Below, piece after piece: positions 12,972-23,279 of a DNA stretch of 64,000 nt. The DNA is from an uncultured delta proteobacterium (GTDB lineage: Bacteria; Myxococcota_A; Polyangia; Haliangiales; Haliangiaceae). Below the pieces are notes generated by a model, which had not been told where the DNA came from, did no database searches, and saw only the letters and a program-made list of their open reading frames with translations. The position numbers and the translations under genes are program-made. Every line of letters begins with the position of its first letter. The stretch's first letter is position 1. The stretch is from contig CAWKDB010000010.1 of assembly GCA_963848295.1 (NCBI GenBank), positions 3,584,001-3,648,000 of the forward strand. Direction: 5' to 3'.

Positions 12972-13925
12972 TCAATCCACCGGGGGCAGGTCCTGATCGG
13001 AGTAGGCACACTGCGCCGGGTCGCCTTCGGTCGGATTGAAGTTGACGTTGTCCGAGTAGTAGACCCGGTCGAACGCGGTATCCCAGCATTCCGAGGCCAG
13101 CGCTTGCTGGCTGCCGAGGTCGCCGCCGGCGATCCGAGCGTCGCCACGGCCAGCGCCGGTGCCCTTCCACCGCGACCGCAGCGTCAGGTCTTCTGCGGCC
13201 GAGGTGCCACCGATGTTCGCCGAGATGTCGAACGTCATGTCGCCACCGCCGTCCGCGGCTTGGTCGTACTCGTACATGCCGACCAGCGGGGTGCCATCGC
13301 TGGTGCTCGAGTTGATCCCGAGCTCGAGGTGCATCGCGGCGAGGTCGTAGGTCACGTCGACGTCGCCCTTCGCGTTCGGATTGTCGATCGGATCCACCGT
13401 CTTCGATGCATCGAAGTCGAAGTGGAACGTGCCGTTGCCCATGTTGTCGCCCGGGCGCGGGTCGGCGTGACCGTCGATGATCGCGATGAAGTTGTCGCTG
13501 GTGTCCTGCTTGTTGTGGCCGGATAGGGTGTAGTCATACGTGCCGTCGTCGTTCGCGGTCACGTCGAGCTTGTACTGCGCGGGGTCGAGTGCGCTGCCGC
13601 TCCACGGGCCCCAGGTGTACGTGTTGCCGCTGACCGACGTCACCGGGTACTGGACGATCGAGTGGATCAAGACGAGCACCCACGCGCTCGCGCCGTTGAA
13701 CGTCAGCGTGACCGCGCGGGTCTCGAGATAGAACGTCGCGATCTGACCGACGGTCGGATCGGCGACGCGCTTCGACGCGCTCGCGGGCAGCTTGATCGAG
13801 ACCTGGTCGCTGGTCGGGATCGCCTTGTCGAGACCGGCTGGCGCGTCGTCGCGCGGAATGCAGCCGGTCGCCAACAGGCACGCGGCACAGGAAGCGGTGA
13901 GTAAGCTCGTCATGGTGCGAATCAT
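12972..13925 (-). CDS. Hypothetical acidic, beta-rich lipoprotein
   Basis: Lipobox LATGC; Shine-Dalgarno GAGGAG upstream. Confidence 0.7.
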   Translation of the reverse strand: MIRTMTSLLTASCAACLLATGCIPRDDAPAGLDKAIPTSDQVSIKLPASASKRVADPTVGQIATFYLETRAVTLTFNGASAWVLVLIHSIVQYPVTSVSGNTYTWGPWSGSALDPAQYKLDVTANDDGTYDYTLSGHNKQDTSDNFIAIIDGHADPRPGDNMGNGTFHFDFDASKTVDPIDNPNAKGDVDVTYDLAAMHLELGINSSTSDGTPLVGMYEYDQAADGGGDMTFDISANIGGTSAAEDLTLRSRWKGTGAGRGDARIAGGDLGSQQALASECWDTAFDRVYYSDNVNFNPTEGDPAQCAYSDQDLPPVD

Positions 13926-13954
13926 CTGGATCCTCCTCGGTGACGGACCGATAA

Positions 13955-13971
13955 AGCACCCGCCGTACCAA
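13955..13971 (-). promoter_or_regulatory. Putative sigma-54 promoter for the lipoprotein gene
   Basis: Minus strand TTGGTACGGCGGGTGCT (GG-N10-GC), about 30 nt upstream of the ATG. Confidence 0.5.
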
Positions 13972-13995
13972 CGTATATCCCGCCGGATCAGCTAG

Positions 13996-15234
13996 TTACG
14001 GTGTGGAGTTTTCCGACGGTGGTCGCGCGGCGCCGGGAGCCGTGGGAGGCGCCGACAGCTCTGGAAGGATCGTTAACGTATCGCCGTCGTGGAACGCGAC
14101 GACCGCGTCATTGGCGACCGCGAGCCCGATCGGCTGTTGGCGCTGCGCGATCGGGAGCGGATAGACGTACATGATCAGCGCGTTCGCGGCGAAGCCGACG
14201 ATGTAGTCGTGCTCGAGCGAGGTATCCAGCCGCAGCGCCAGCGCGGTGTCGCCGACCGCATCGATCGCGTGGCCGAACAGCGCGACACCGGGCACGGGAA
14301 ACGACACCTGGCCGTGCATCGAACCGGTCGCGTCGATATCGAACAAGTTGAGCTCGGGCGCGCCAGCGAAGTGGTGGAGGTTCGCCGCCCGGATCATCGG
14401 ACCTTGCTCGGGCAAGTAGATCGCCCCGAGCAGCTCGCTATAACCGCGCCGCGTGTGCCAGCTCGTCCCGGCGTGCTCGCGACCGGTGATCACGCCGGCG
14501 GCATCGCGCGTGACCTCCCACGTGCGGTCGCGGTAGCGCACGACGATCGGCGGGTCGGCGGCGGAGATCGGCGTCGCCTCACCGGTGACCGGCTCGATCG
14601 ACAGCGCCTGATCTCCGCGGCGCCACGCGATCGCGTGCTCGCCGAGTGACCACGTCGCTTCGGCGCCGGTCGCGTGCGCGAATGCCTCGAGTCGCTTGCC
14701 GTGGACCGCGACGTAGCCCTCGTCGCCGCCGGCGCGAGTCACCGCACGCAGGCAGCCGACGCCGCGCTCGCCGGCCGGCACCCCGACGTCGCCGACGCAA
14801 TCGCCGAGCAACACGAAGCCGTCGGGGCGCGCGAGCGGCGGTGCGGTGCGCCCTCCGGCGGGCTTGTGCCACGCGACTTGCCCGCGGCGATAGTCGACCG
14901 CGACAAACCCGAGCTGCGGCGACGCGACGACCGCGAGACCGCCGGCGACGACCGGTCCGACGCTGTCACCGGGCGCGGCATCCTTATTGATCGCGAGCGA
15001 CACGACCCGAACCGGCTCGATCTTGGGCAGCGCGGCGAGCGCCGGCCACGGGTCCTTGTTCGGCCTCGCATCCGCCACGCCGCCATCGCGCGGCGGCGGG
15101 CGCACGACCGCCAGCGCGGCGTCTCCCGGCGCCGGCTTGCCCTTGCACGCAGCGAGCAGCGCGATCGCGACGATCGAACCTCCGACCACCCTCTCGCCCG
15201 GAGAAAGTCGCCTAGAGGTCCACCGTCCCCACAC
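13996..15234 (-). CDS. Hypothetical lipoprotein, possible PQQ-like beta-propeller
   Basis: Lipobox LLAAC and an AVDYRRGQVAWH-type blade motif. Start uncertain. Confidence 0.55.
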   Translation of the reverse strand: MWGRWTSRRLSPGERVVGGSIVAIALLAACKGKPAPGDAALAVVRPPPRDGGVADARPNKDPWPALAALPKIEPVRVVSLAINKDAAPGDSVGPVVAGGLAVVASPQLGFVAVDYRRGQVAWHKPAGGRTAPPLARPDGFVLLGDCVGDVGVPAGERGVGCLRAVTRAGGDEGYVAVHGKRLEAFAHATGAEATWSLGEHAIAWRRGDQALSIEPVTGEATPISAADPPIVVRYRDRTWEVTRDAAGVITGREHAGTSWHTRRGYSELLGAIYLPEQGPMIRAANLHHFAGAPELNLFDIDATGSMHGQVSFPVPGVALFGHAIDAVGDTALALRLDTSLEHDYIVGFAANALIMYVYPLPIAQRQQPIGLAVANDAVVAFHDGDTLTILPELSAPPTAPGAARPPSENSTP

Positions 15235-15236
15235 GA

Positions 15237-16661
15237 CTATGCGTCTTTGCTCTTACGCATCTCGAGCTTTTCGCGCATCTCGTCGGCCCAGCCCTCTTTG
15301 TTGACCTGCTTGACCCGGGCGATCGCGAGCGCTCCGCGCGGGACATCCTTGGTCACGGTCGTACCCGCGCCGACGTACGCGTCGCGGCCGACGGTCACCG
15401 GTGCGACGAGCTGGCTGTCCGAACCGACGAACGCGCCGGCTTCGATCGTCGTCTGATACTTGCCGACGCCGTCGTAGTTGCACGTGATGACGCCGGCGCC
15501 GATGTTCGCTTTGTGGCCGACCGACGCGTCGCCGAGGTACGCGAGGTGGTTCGCCTTCGCGCCGGCCATCATGTGGGTTTTCTTGGTCTCGACGAAGTTT
15601 CCGAGGTGGACCTCCTCGTCGATCTGGCTGCCCGGTCGGCAATGGGTGAACGGGCCGAGCTTCGCGCGTTCGCCGACGACGGTTTCGGTGAGCACGGAGT
15701 ATGGCTTGACGTGGGTGTCGTCCGCGACCGTGACATCGGTCAGCACGCAGCCGACATCGAGGTGAACGCCGTCGCCGATCCTGGTCTTGCCGCGCAGGGC
15801 GACGTTGGGCCCGAGCCAGACGTCCGTGCCGAGCGGGCCGACCTCGGCGTCGATGAACGTCGTCGCCGGATCGGCCATCGTCACGCCGGCGCGCATCCAG
15901 CCCTCGTTGATCCGCTTGCGCGCCGCGGCGTCGACGGTCGCGAGATCGACCCGGTCGTTGATCCCGGCGACCTCGGCGAACGGCGCGTCGATCGCGGTGG
16001 CTCCGCCGCGTGCGTACGCGTGAGCGACGAGATCGGTGAGGTAGAGCTCGCCCTTCGCGTTATCCGCGCGCAGCGCGTTGAGGTCTTTGCGCAGGTGGCC
16101 GAGTCGGACCGCGTAGAACCCGGCGTTCGTGTCGCGAAGCGCGCGCTGGGCGGCGGTCGCGTCGGGGTACTCGACGATCCGCTCGAGCACGCCTTGGTCG
16201 TCGCGCACGAGGCGGCCGTACGGCATGTCGCGGTCGGGCACGGTCGACAGCAGCGCGAGCCCGGCCTTCGATGCGGCGCAAGCGGCGACGAGCTCGGCGA
16301 TGCGTTCGCTCGCGAGCAACGGCGCGTCGCCGGTGAGGATCACGACGATGCGATCGTCGGGTTCGGCCGCGACCGCGGGCAACGCGCACTGCACCGCGTG
16401 ACCGGTGCCGCGCGGCTCGGTCTGATGCGCGATCGCGATCGAGCCGGGGCCGAAGCTGGCGTCGAGTGATGCGCGCACCGCTTCGAGCTGATGACCGAGG
16501 ATCGCGACGATCTTCTGAGCGCCGGCGGCGCGCGCCGCGGTCACGACCCAATGCAGCATCGGCCGCCCGGCGATGCGATGAAGGACCTTGGCTTGGTCGC
16601 TCTTCATCCGCGTGCCGAGCCCCGCCGCCATGATGAAGACGAGAGGAGCTGGACTACTCAT
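15237..16661 (-). CDS. glmU: Bifunctional UDP-GlcNAc pyrophosphorylase / glucosamine-1-phosphate acetyltransferase
   Basis: MAAGLGTRMKS, GTGHAV, ELYLTD, GINDR, GNFVETK, HLAYLGDA and TCNYDG. Confidence 0.96.
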   Translation of the reverse strand: MSSPAPLVFIMAAGLGTRMKSDQAKVLHRIAGRPMLHWVVTAARAAGAQKIVAILGHQLEAVRASLDASFGPGSIAIAHQTEPRGTGHAVQCALPAVAAEPDDRIVVILTGDAPLLASERIAELVAACAASKAGLALLSTVPDRDMPYGRLVRDDQGVLERIVEYPDATAAQRALRDTNAGFYAVRLGHLRKDLNALRADNAKGELYLTDLVAHAYARGGATAIDAPFAEVAGINDRVDLATVDAAARKRINEGWMRAGVTMADPATTFIDAEVGPLGTDVWLGPNVALRGKTRIGDGVHLDVGCVLTDVTVADDTHVKPYSVLTETVVGERAKLGPFTHCRPGSQIDEEVHLGNFVETKKTHMMAGAKANHLAYLGDASVGHKANIGAGVITCNYDGVGKYQTTIEAGAFVGSDSQLVAPVTVGRDAYVGAGTTVTKDVPRGALAIARVKQVNKEGWADEMREKLEMRKSKDA

Positions 16662-16725
16662 GTGGGCGGAAACCGTAGCATGCGCGACATTCGATCCACG
16701 CACGAGGCCGGCTCGTACTCGATCC

Positions 16726-17640
16726 ATGCGCCGTCTCGTCGCACTGTGCGTCGTCGCGGGTTGCGGGACGGCGCCGGTCTCGGCCGCTCCCGCGAGCGGC
16801 ATCGTGTGGCCGCCGGTGATCGACTCCCACGTCCATCTCGCGCTGTGGCCGGTCGCCGATCAGCTCGCGAACAACGGCGTGCTCGGCGCGGTCGATCTCG
16901 GCGAGCCCGAGACCGCGCTCGGCAGCACGCTCCCGATCGAGGTGCTCGCGGCCGGGCCGATGCTCACGCATCGCGGTGGCTATCCACTCGATGCGTGGGG
17001 CCGCGACGGCTATGGCGTCGGCTGCGACGACGTCGCGTGCGTGCGCACGACCATCGATCGACTCGCGAGCGAAGGTGCGGCGGTGATCAAGCTCGCGCTC
17101 GACGACGACGGGCTCGCACCGGCGCTCGTGCCTGTCGCGGTGGCGGCGGCACACGCGCATCACTTGAAGGTCGCGGTCCACGCGCTATCCGACGGGAGTG
17201 CTCGGATCGCCGGGCGAGCGGGGGTCGACGTGCTCGCGCACACGCCGGTCGAGCCGCTCGCGCCCGAGACGATCGCGCTGTGGCGAGGTCGCGCCGTGAT
17301 CTCGACGCTCGCGGCGTTCGGTGGGACCGCCTCGGCAGTCGCGAACCTGCGAGCGCTGCGCGCGGCGGGAGTCACCGTGCTGTACGGCACCGACCTCGGC
17401 AACCGGCGCGACGCCGGACCGAGCGCCGACGAGATCGCGCTGTTGCGCAAAGCCGGGCTCGACGATTCCGCGATCACCGCCGCGATGACGACGACGCCCG
17501 CGGCGTACTGGGGCTTCAAGTTCGATCCGCGGGTCGGCCCCGATGCGACGCTGCTCGTGCTCGATCGCGATCCGCGCCGAGACGCGACCGCGTTGTTGTC
17601 GCCGCGCGCGGTGTATCTGCACGGCCATCGGATTCGTTGA
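16726..17640 (+). CDS. Amidohydrolase-superfamily lipoprotein
   Basis: Lipobox VVAGC; IDSHVH, KVAVHA, LAH and YGTDLG. Confidence 0.75.
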   Translation: MRRLVALCVVAGCGTAPVSAAPASGIVWPPVIDSHVHLALWPVADQLANNGVLGAVDLGEPETALGSTLPIEVLAAGPMLTHRGGYPLDAWGRDGYGVGCDDVACVRTTIDRLASEGAAVIKLALDDDGLAPALVPVAVAAAHAHHLKVAVHALSDGSARIAGRAGVDVLAHTPVEPLAPETIALWRGRAVISTLAAFGGTASAVANLRALRAAGVTVLYGTDLGNRRDAGPSADEIALLRKAGLDDSAITAAMTTTPAAYWGFKFDPRVGPDATLLVLDRDPRRDATALLSPRAVYLHGHRIR

Positions 17641-17663
17641 GCCCACTCTGCTACAACCGCGGC

Positions 17664-18788
17664 GTGCGCCGGATCGCTGTCGTCGTGCTCGCGCTGTGCG
17701 CGCTGGCGGCCACCGCGTCCGCGCACCAGACGTCGGTCAAGTACGTCGACCTCGTCGCGAGCGGCCGCCACGTCGCGGTGACCGTCCGCGTCGCGCCGGG
17801 CGATGTCGCGGAGCCACTCGGCCTGCCCGCCGACGCGAGGCCGAGCGTCGCCGAGGCGAGCACGCCGAAGGTCGCGGCGTACGTCGCGGATTGGCTGGTG
17901 CTGACCGGCTGCACCGCCTCGCCGCCGATCGCGAAGCCCGACGAAGACGCGAAGTTCGTCGCGGTGACCTGGGGCGACGAGTGTCCTAGCACGGCGGAGC
18001 TCACGCTCGATTTCTCGCGGTTCTTCGCGGTCGACCAGCGCCACATCGCGATCGTCAGGCTGACTTCGGGCAACGAAGCGCCGATCGACACGATCGTGCG
18101 CGCCGGCGATCCGCCGCTCGTGCTGCACGCCGGGGAAGCGCCGCCGTCGTCGTTGCTCGCGTGGATCCACGCCGGCATGGATCACATCTACAGCGGCCAC
18201 GATCACATCGCGTTCGTGCTCGCGCTGCTGCTCGTCGTCATGCTCGTTCGCGCGCCCGGCAAGCACGTATGGCAGACGCGCACGCTCGCGCAGACCTTGA
18301 AGTCGACCGCGAAGATCATCACCGCGTTCACGATCGCGCACTCGATCTCGCTGATCGCCGCGTCGCTCGGCTTGCTTCACCTGCCGTCGAAGTTCGTCGA
18401 GAGCATGATCGCCGCGTCGATCACCTATACGGCGGTCGAGGACATCCTCAAGCCCGACGTGCGCTGGCGGTTCGTGCTGACGTTCGGCTTCGGCCTCGTC
18501 CATGGCCTGGGGTTCGCGTCGGTGCTCTCCGAGATGCTGCCGCCGCACGACGTCATCGTGCCGCTGCTGTGCTTCAACGTCGGGATCGAGATCGGCCAGC
18601 TCTCGATCGTGCTGATCGTGCTGCCCATCCTGTTCGGCGTCTGCCGCGGTCTGACCGCCGATCGCTACCGCCACGCGCTGATGCCGATGCTGGCGCTCGC
18701 GATCGCCGTGCTCGGCGCCAACGCGATCGCGACTCGGGCGCTCGGCATCAACTTGCTGCCGTTTCTGCCCTCGTGGCTCGCGTTCTAG
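17664..18788 (+). CDS. HupE/UreJ family membrane protein with an N-terminal periplasmic domain
   Basis: ASAHQTS, HIYSGHDHIAF, TAFTIAHSISL, FGLVHGLGFA and FNVGIEIGQL. Confidence 0.88.
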   Translation: MRRIAVVVLALCALAATASAHQTSVKYVDLVASGRHVAVTVRVAPGDVAEPLGLPADARPSVAEASTPKVAAYVADWLVLTGCTASPPIAKPDEDAKFVAVTWGDECPSTAELTLDFSRFFAVDQRHIAIVRLTSGNEAPIDTIVRAGDPPLVLHAGEAPPSSLLAWIHAGMDHIYSGHDHIAFVLALLLVVMLVRAPGKHVWQTRTLAQTLKSTAKIITAFTIAHSISLIAASLGLLHLPSKFVESMIAASITYTAVEDILKPDVRWRFVLTFGFGLVHGLGFASVLSEMLPPHDVIVPLLCFNVGIEIGQLSIVLIVLPILFGVCRGLTADRYRHALMPMLALAIAVLGANAIATRALGINLLPFLPSWLAF

Positions 18789-18938
18789 GCGTCGCCAGCG
18801 GTCGAACGTACGTTCACGTCGCCTAGGTAGGACACGCGCTCACGTCCCCACCGAGCGCTGGCGCCGCACTCGCGATCTGCAGTGCGATCCCGTTCACAGT
18901 TCAATCCACCAGGTCGACCTGTCTATACTGGGAGGACG

Positions 18939-21668
18939 TTGGAAGTACTCGACGGGACCGAGGACGAGCAACCAGGCAAGCCGATCGTCGTCTGCGTGGA
19001 CGACGATCAGATGAACCTCAACGCGCTAACCCGCGTCCTGAGCTCGAAGTGCACGGTGCTTGCGGCCCGCTCGGGCGCAGAAGCGCTCGAGCTCCTCGGC
19101 GAGAATCCCGAGGTCGCCGCGGTGCTCGCCGATCTGCGCATGCCCGGGCTCGCCGGGTCGGAGCTGCTCGGCCGCGTCGCGCAGCTCAGGCCGCACGTGC
19201 GGCGCGCGGTCGTGACCGGCTATCCCGAGTCCGAGGAGCTGATCAACGCGATCAACGCGGGCCAGCTCCACTACGTCATCACGAAGCCGTGGAAGCTCAA
19301 CGATCTGCTCCAGGTCGTCGACCAGCTCGTGACGACGTATCGGCTCGAGCGCGACAATCACCGGCTCGTCGGCGAGCTGCGCGTCGCGAACACCCACCTG
19401 CGCGATCACGAGCGACTGCTCGAGGCCCAGCTCGACGAGCGCGGACGCGAGATCTCGGCGGCAACCGAGCAGCTCGCGCAGATGGGGCATCAGCTCGACG
19501 CGCTGACGCTGCGCGATCCGCTGACCGGCTTGTACACGCACCGCGCGTTCCAGGAACGCTTGCGCGAGGAGGTCGCGCGCGCGCTGCGCTACAGCCAGCC
19601 GATGTCGCTGCTGCTGTGCGATCTCGACGGCTTTGCGAGTGTCAACCACGACCTCGGCTATCAAGCCGGCGACGACATCCTGCGGCGAATCGCGCTCGTG
19701 CTCCAGGAGGACGAATCGCCCGATCGCGCTCGGCTGTCCGACGTCGTCGCGCGCTACTCCGGCGAGGAGTTCGTGCTGCTGTTGCCCGAGACCGCGAAGG
19801 CCGGCGCGCTGATCAAGGCGGGCCGGTTACGCGATGCGGTCGCGGTCGCCGATATGCCGGCGGGCCGCAAGCTATCGATGTCGATCGGCGTCGCGTGCTT
19901 GCCCGAGGACGCCGCCGACCCCGAAGGTTTATTGACCGCCGCCGAGGCTGCGATGCGCGGTGCGAAGCGCGGTGGCTTGGGCCGCGTCCACTTCTTCTCG
20001 AGCGCCGATGCGAATCCGGCGACCGCATCGACGCGTTCGTTCGGCCGCGTTCGCGATGCCGAGATCGATCGGTTCCGGCCGTACCAAGAGCGGATGAACG
20101 AGGTCACCGCGATCCTGCATCGCGATCGCTCGCTGTCGTGCCTGCTCGTCGATCTGTCGCGCCTGCACAAGGTCGAGCTCGACCTCGGCGTCGCGCACCA
20201 CAGCGAGATCTACGATCACGCCGCGGCGGTGCTCGATCGGCTGCGCGGCGCGGTGCTCGATCCGGCCGACTTGATCTGCCGGTCGGGCGACGGCGACGGC
20301 TACTTCGTGATCCTCGCGCCGCGCGGCGCGCATCGCATCGACCTCGAAGGCCTGGCGGCCACGGTCGAGCGCGCGGTCGAAGAGTCGCTCGCGCCGATGG
20401 TGACCGAGGTGCTGCGCGAGCAACCGCGGATCACGGTCGGCTCGGCGCGCGTGCTCGGCAACTCGCTGTTGCGGCCGGAGCGGCTCACCGCGCGGTTGTT
20501 CACCGACGCCGCCGACAGCGCGCGCAACTTGCGCGAGCGCAAAGCGCATCGCGATCGCGCGACGCTGCAAGACGTCATCCTCGGCGACGGCTTGTCGTCG
20601 GTGTACCAGCCGATCGTCGACCTCGGCACCGGCGACATCTTCGCGTACGAGGCGCTGAGCCGCGGTCCGCGCGGGACCTCGCTCGAGTCGCCCGCGACGC
20701 TGTTCGCGATCGCCGACGAGGTCGATCTCACGGTCGAGCTCGATCGCGCGTGTTTCCGCGGCGCGCTGCGCAACGCGCAAGCGCTCGAGCCGGTCCATCG
20801 CTTGTTCGTCAACCTCCTGCCGATGTCGTTCTACGACACCGCGTTCATCGAGATCGAGGTCGGCAACTTGCTGACCGCCGCGGGCCTGACGCCGGCGAAC
20901 ATCGTGTTCGAGATCACCGAGCGGCTCGCGATCGAGAACTTCGCTTCGTTCAAGCGCGCGCTCGGCGCCTACACCGCGATGGGCTTCGGCATCGCGATCG
21001 ATGACGTCGGCACGCGCCACTCGAACCTCGAGACCGTGATGTCGCTGCGCCCGCACTTCATCAAGATCTCCGACGTCCTCGTCCGCGGCATCGCGCGCTC
21101 GACCGTGAAGCGCGAGATGTTGCGCTCGCTCCGCCACATCGCGGAGACGATCGACGCGGTGATGGTCGCCGAGGGCATCGAGCATGTCGACGACGTCCAG
21201 GCGATCCGCGAGATCGGGTTGCGCTACGGCCAGGGCTATTACATGGCGCGCCCCGGGCCCGCGTTCCCGACGCTCGCCGATCACGTTCGCGCCGAGCTGC
21301 GCAACCTGACGCCGGGGGGCGAGCGCTCGGTCGTGCGCGTGGTGTCGCACGACGAAGAAGACGACGAGGATCGCGACCTGCCGATCCCGCAGGCCGCGGG
21401 CAGCTCGCCGTCGACCCCGGTGCCCCGCAACGTGTTCGGCCGCCACGAAGACGAGATCACCTCCGACTTCGCGCTCCCCGCCGAGCTCCGGCCGCGCCCG
21501 CGCGCCTCCGAGCCTCCTGCCGGCAGCGACCCGCCGACCGAGCCGCCGTGGAAGCCGCTCAGCGATGACGAAGCAACCGGCGAGGCGCTACTTTCGAGCT
21601 TGCAGGGCCCCGGGGGCGAAAACGCACCCGGTGGCGAGCCACCGCCTGGTCGTCCCGGGCTAAACTGA
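18939..21668 (+). CDS. Response regulator with GGDEF (SGEEF), a degenerate GGDEF-like domain and an EAL domain
   Basis: VDDD...ADLRMPG...KPW; DPLTGL, RLSD I-site, RYSGEEF; YEALSR, FVN, EITE, IDDVG, AEGIE, QGY. Start uncertain (18882 or 18939). Confidence 0.9.
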   Translation: MEVLDGTEDEQPGKPIVVCVDDDQMNLNALTRVLSSKCTVLAARSGAEALELLGENPEVAAVLADLRMPGLAGSELLGRVAQLRPHVRRAVVTGYPESEELINAINAGQLHYVITKPWKLNDLLQVVDQLVTTYRLERDNHRLVGELRVANTHLRDHERLLEAQLDERGREISAATEQLAQMGHQLDALTLRDPLTGLYTHRAFQERLREEVARALRYSQPMSLLLCDLDGFASVNHDLGYQAGDDILRRIALVLQEDESPDRARLSDVVARYSGEEFVLLLPETAKAGALIKAGRLRDAVAVADMPAGRKLSMSIGVACLPEDAADPEGLLTAAEAAMRGAKRGGLGRVHFFSSADANPATASTRSFGRVRDAEIDRFRPYQERMNEVTAILHRDRSLSCLLVDLSRLHKVELDLGVAHHSEIYDHAAAVLDRLRGAVLDPADLICRSGDGDGYFVILAPRGAHRIDLEGLAATVERAVEESLAPMVTEVLREQPRITVGSARVLGNSLLRPERLTARLFTDAADSARNLRERKAHRDRATLQDVILGDGLSSVYQPIVDLGTGDIFAYEALSRGPRGTSLESPATLFAIADEVDLTVELDRACFRGALRNAQALEPVHRLFVNLLPMSFYDTAFIEIEVGNLLTAAGLTPANIVFEITERLAIENFASFKRALGAYTAMGFGIAIDDVGTRHSNLETVMSLRPHFIKISDVLVRGIARSTVKREMLRSLRHIAETIDAVMVAEGIEHVDDVQAIREIGLRYGQGYYMARPGPAFPTLADHVRAELRNLTPGGERSVVRVVSHDEEDDEDRDLPIPQAAGSSPSTPVPRNVFGRHEDEITSDFALPAELRPRPRASEPPAGSDPPTEPPWKPLSDDEATGEALLSSLQGPGGENAPGGEPPPGRPGLN

Positions 21669-21710
21669 CGCGTGCGCCCTCCCGCGTCGTGGTAGTGGGC
21701 GCGAGATCAC

Positions 21711-22790
21711 ATGGATCGCAACGCGTTTCACAAGCTCCTCGCGTTCGGTATCGAGCGCGGTGTCTCGGACATTCACTTCGAGGTCGGCTATCCGCCGCAC
21801 TATCGCCTGCACGGCGAGCTGCTCGGCGCGATCAAGGTGCCGCCGCTCACCGCGTCGGACACCGAGGCGATCGCGCGGATGATCCTCGAGGATCGCAACG
21901 TCACCGTCGACTTCACCCGTCGGTTCACCGAGATCGACGTGTCGTACTCGCTCGCGTCGCGCGGGCGATTCCGCGCCTCGATCTTCCGCCAGCGCGGCTC
22001 GGTGGGCATCGTGATGCGCCTCATCCCGATCCAGGTGCTGTCGATCGAGCAGCTCAACCTACCGCCGATCCTCGCCGAGATCGCCGACGCGCGCCGCGGG
22101 CTCGTGCTGATCACCGGCGCCACCGGCAACGGCAAGACCACGTCGATGGCGGCGATGATGCGCTACATCAACGAGACCCGACACGCGCACATCGTGACGA
22201 TCGAAGACCCGATCGAGTTCATCCACGAGCCTCAGAAGTGCATGATCATCCAGCGCGAGGTCGGCGCCGATACCGAGAGTTTCAGCGACGCGATGACCGC
22301 GGCGATGCGCCAAGACCCCGACGTCATCATGGTCGGCGAGATTCGCGATCGCGAGACCGCTTCCACCTGCCTGAAGGCGGCCGAGACCGGCCACCTCGTG
22401 ATGTCGGCGATCCACACGCCGGATGCGGTCGCGACGATCCAGCGCTACGTTGGCTTGTTCGAGACCGAGGCGCAAGACGTCGTGCGCGATCGGCTAGGCG
22501 ACTGCCTGCAGGCGGTCGTGTCGCTGCGCCTGCTCGCCGGCAAGGACGGACGCCGCCGGTTGCCCGCGGTCGAGATCTTGCGAGTCACTCGGACGATTCG
22601 CGAGTGCATCCGCTCGGGGCGGCTCAACGACATCCCCGAGCTCGTGCGCAAAGGCCGCGACCTGTACTCGATGCAGCTGTTCGATCAGCACCTCATCGAT
22701 CTGGTCAACGCCGGCCTGGTCTCGATGGAGACCGCGATCTACGCCAGTTCGAACCCCGAAGAGTTCGAGCGCGCGCTCCGCGTCGAGTGA
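21711..22790 (+). CDS. pilT: PilT/PilU-family type IV pilus retraction ATPase
   Basis: SDIHF, Walker [31 protein letters not shown] and AAETGH. Confidence 0.88.
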   Translation: MDRNAFHKLLAFGIERGVSDIHFEVGYPPHYRLHGELLGAIKVPPLTASDTEAIARMILEDRNVTVDFTRRFTEIDVSYSLASRGRFRASIFRQRGSVGIVMRLIPIQVLSIEQLNLPPILAEIADARRGLVLITGATGNGKTTSMAAMMRYINETRHAHIVTIEDPIEFIHEPQKCMIIQREVGADTESFSDAMTAAMRQDPDVIMVGEIRDRETASTCLKAAETGHLVMSAIHTPDAVATIQRYVGLFETEAQDVVRDRLGDCLQAVVSLRLLAGKDGRRRLPAVEILRVTRTIRECIRSGRLNDIPELVRKGRDLYSMQLFDQHLIDLVNAGLVSMETAIYASSNPEEFERALRVE

Positions 22791-22796
22791 ATCGCG

Positions 22797-23246
22797 CTAG
22801 CGGCGCCGGCGACCGAGCTCGGCCGGCTGCTCCGCGGCCAGCGGCGCGAGCTTCGCGCGGATCCGCTCGAGATCGGTGAGGTCGCGCGCGTCGAGGTGCG
22901 ACTCGATCAACTTGGCGGTCTTCGTGTGAATCGCTTCGACCTGCTTGAGGAAGCGCCGGCCGAGCGGCGTCAGCTCGACGTAGGACTCGCGTCGATCTTC
23001 TTTACCCCGCTTGCGGCGAATCCAGCCCCGCCGGTCGAGCAACGTGAACGCCCGCGCCGCTGCCGATGGATCGACCACGGTCGCGCGAGCGAGCGCGGAT
23101 TGCGTCGCCGGTCCAATTTGCCCCAACTCGCGTAGCAGCGCGACCTGCGCGATCCCGAGCCCGAGAGGTGCCATCGCACGACAGGCCAGTAGCGAGACGA
23201 TTCGTTTCGTTTCCGAGAACGTGTCGATGAACGACTTGCCAATCAT
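22797..23246 (-). CDS. MarR family transcriptional regulator
   Basis: LDRRGWIRR...EDRRESYVELTPLG winged HTH; divergent from the efflux operon. Confidence 0.88.
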   Translation of the reverse strand: MIGKSFIDTFSETKRIVSLLACRAMAPLGLGIAQVALLRELGQIGPATQSALARATVVDPSAAARAFTLLDRRGWIRRKRGKEDRRESYVELTPLGRRFLKQVEAIHTKTAKLIESHLDARDLTDLERIRAKLAPLAAEQPAELGRRRR

Positions 23247-23279
23247 TGGACGCGTCCACTAAATTACTGGACGCCTCCA
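23247..23279. promoter_or_regulatory. Putative MarR operator pair
   Basis: Perfect palindrome TGGACGCGTCCA (23247-23258) and a 1-mismatch copy TGGACGCCTCCA (23268-23279) between the divergent starts. Confidence 0.7.

Noticed and set aside
18790..18938. c-di-GMP riboswitch upstream of the GGDEF/EAL gene
   Set aside because: No recognisable class I or class II consensus elements were seen.
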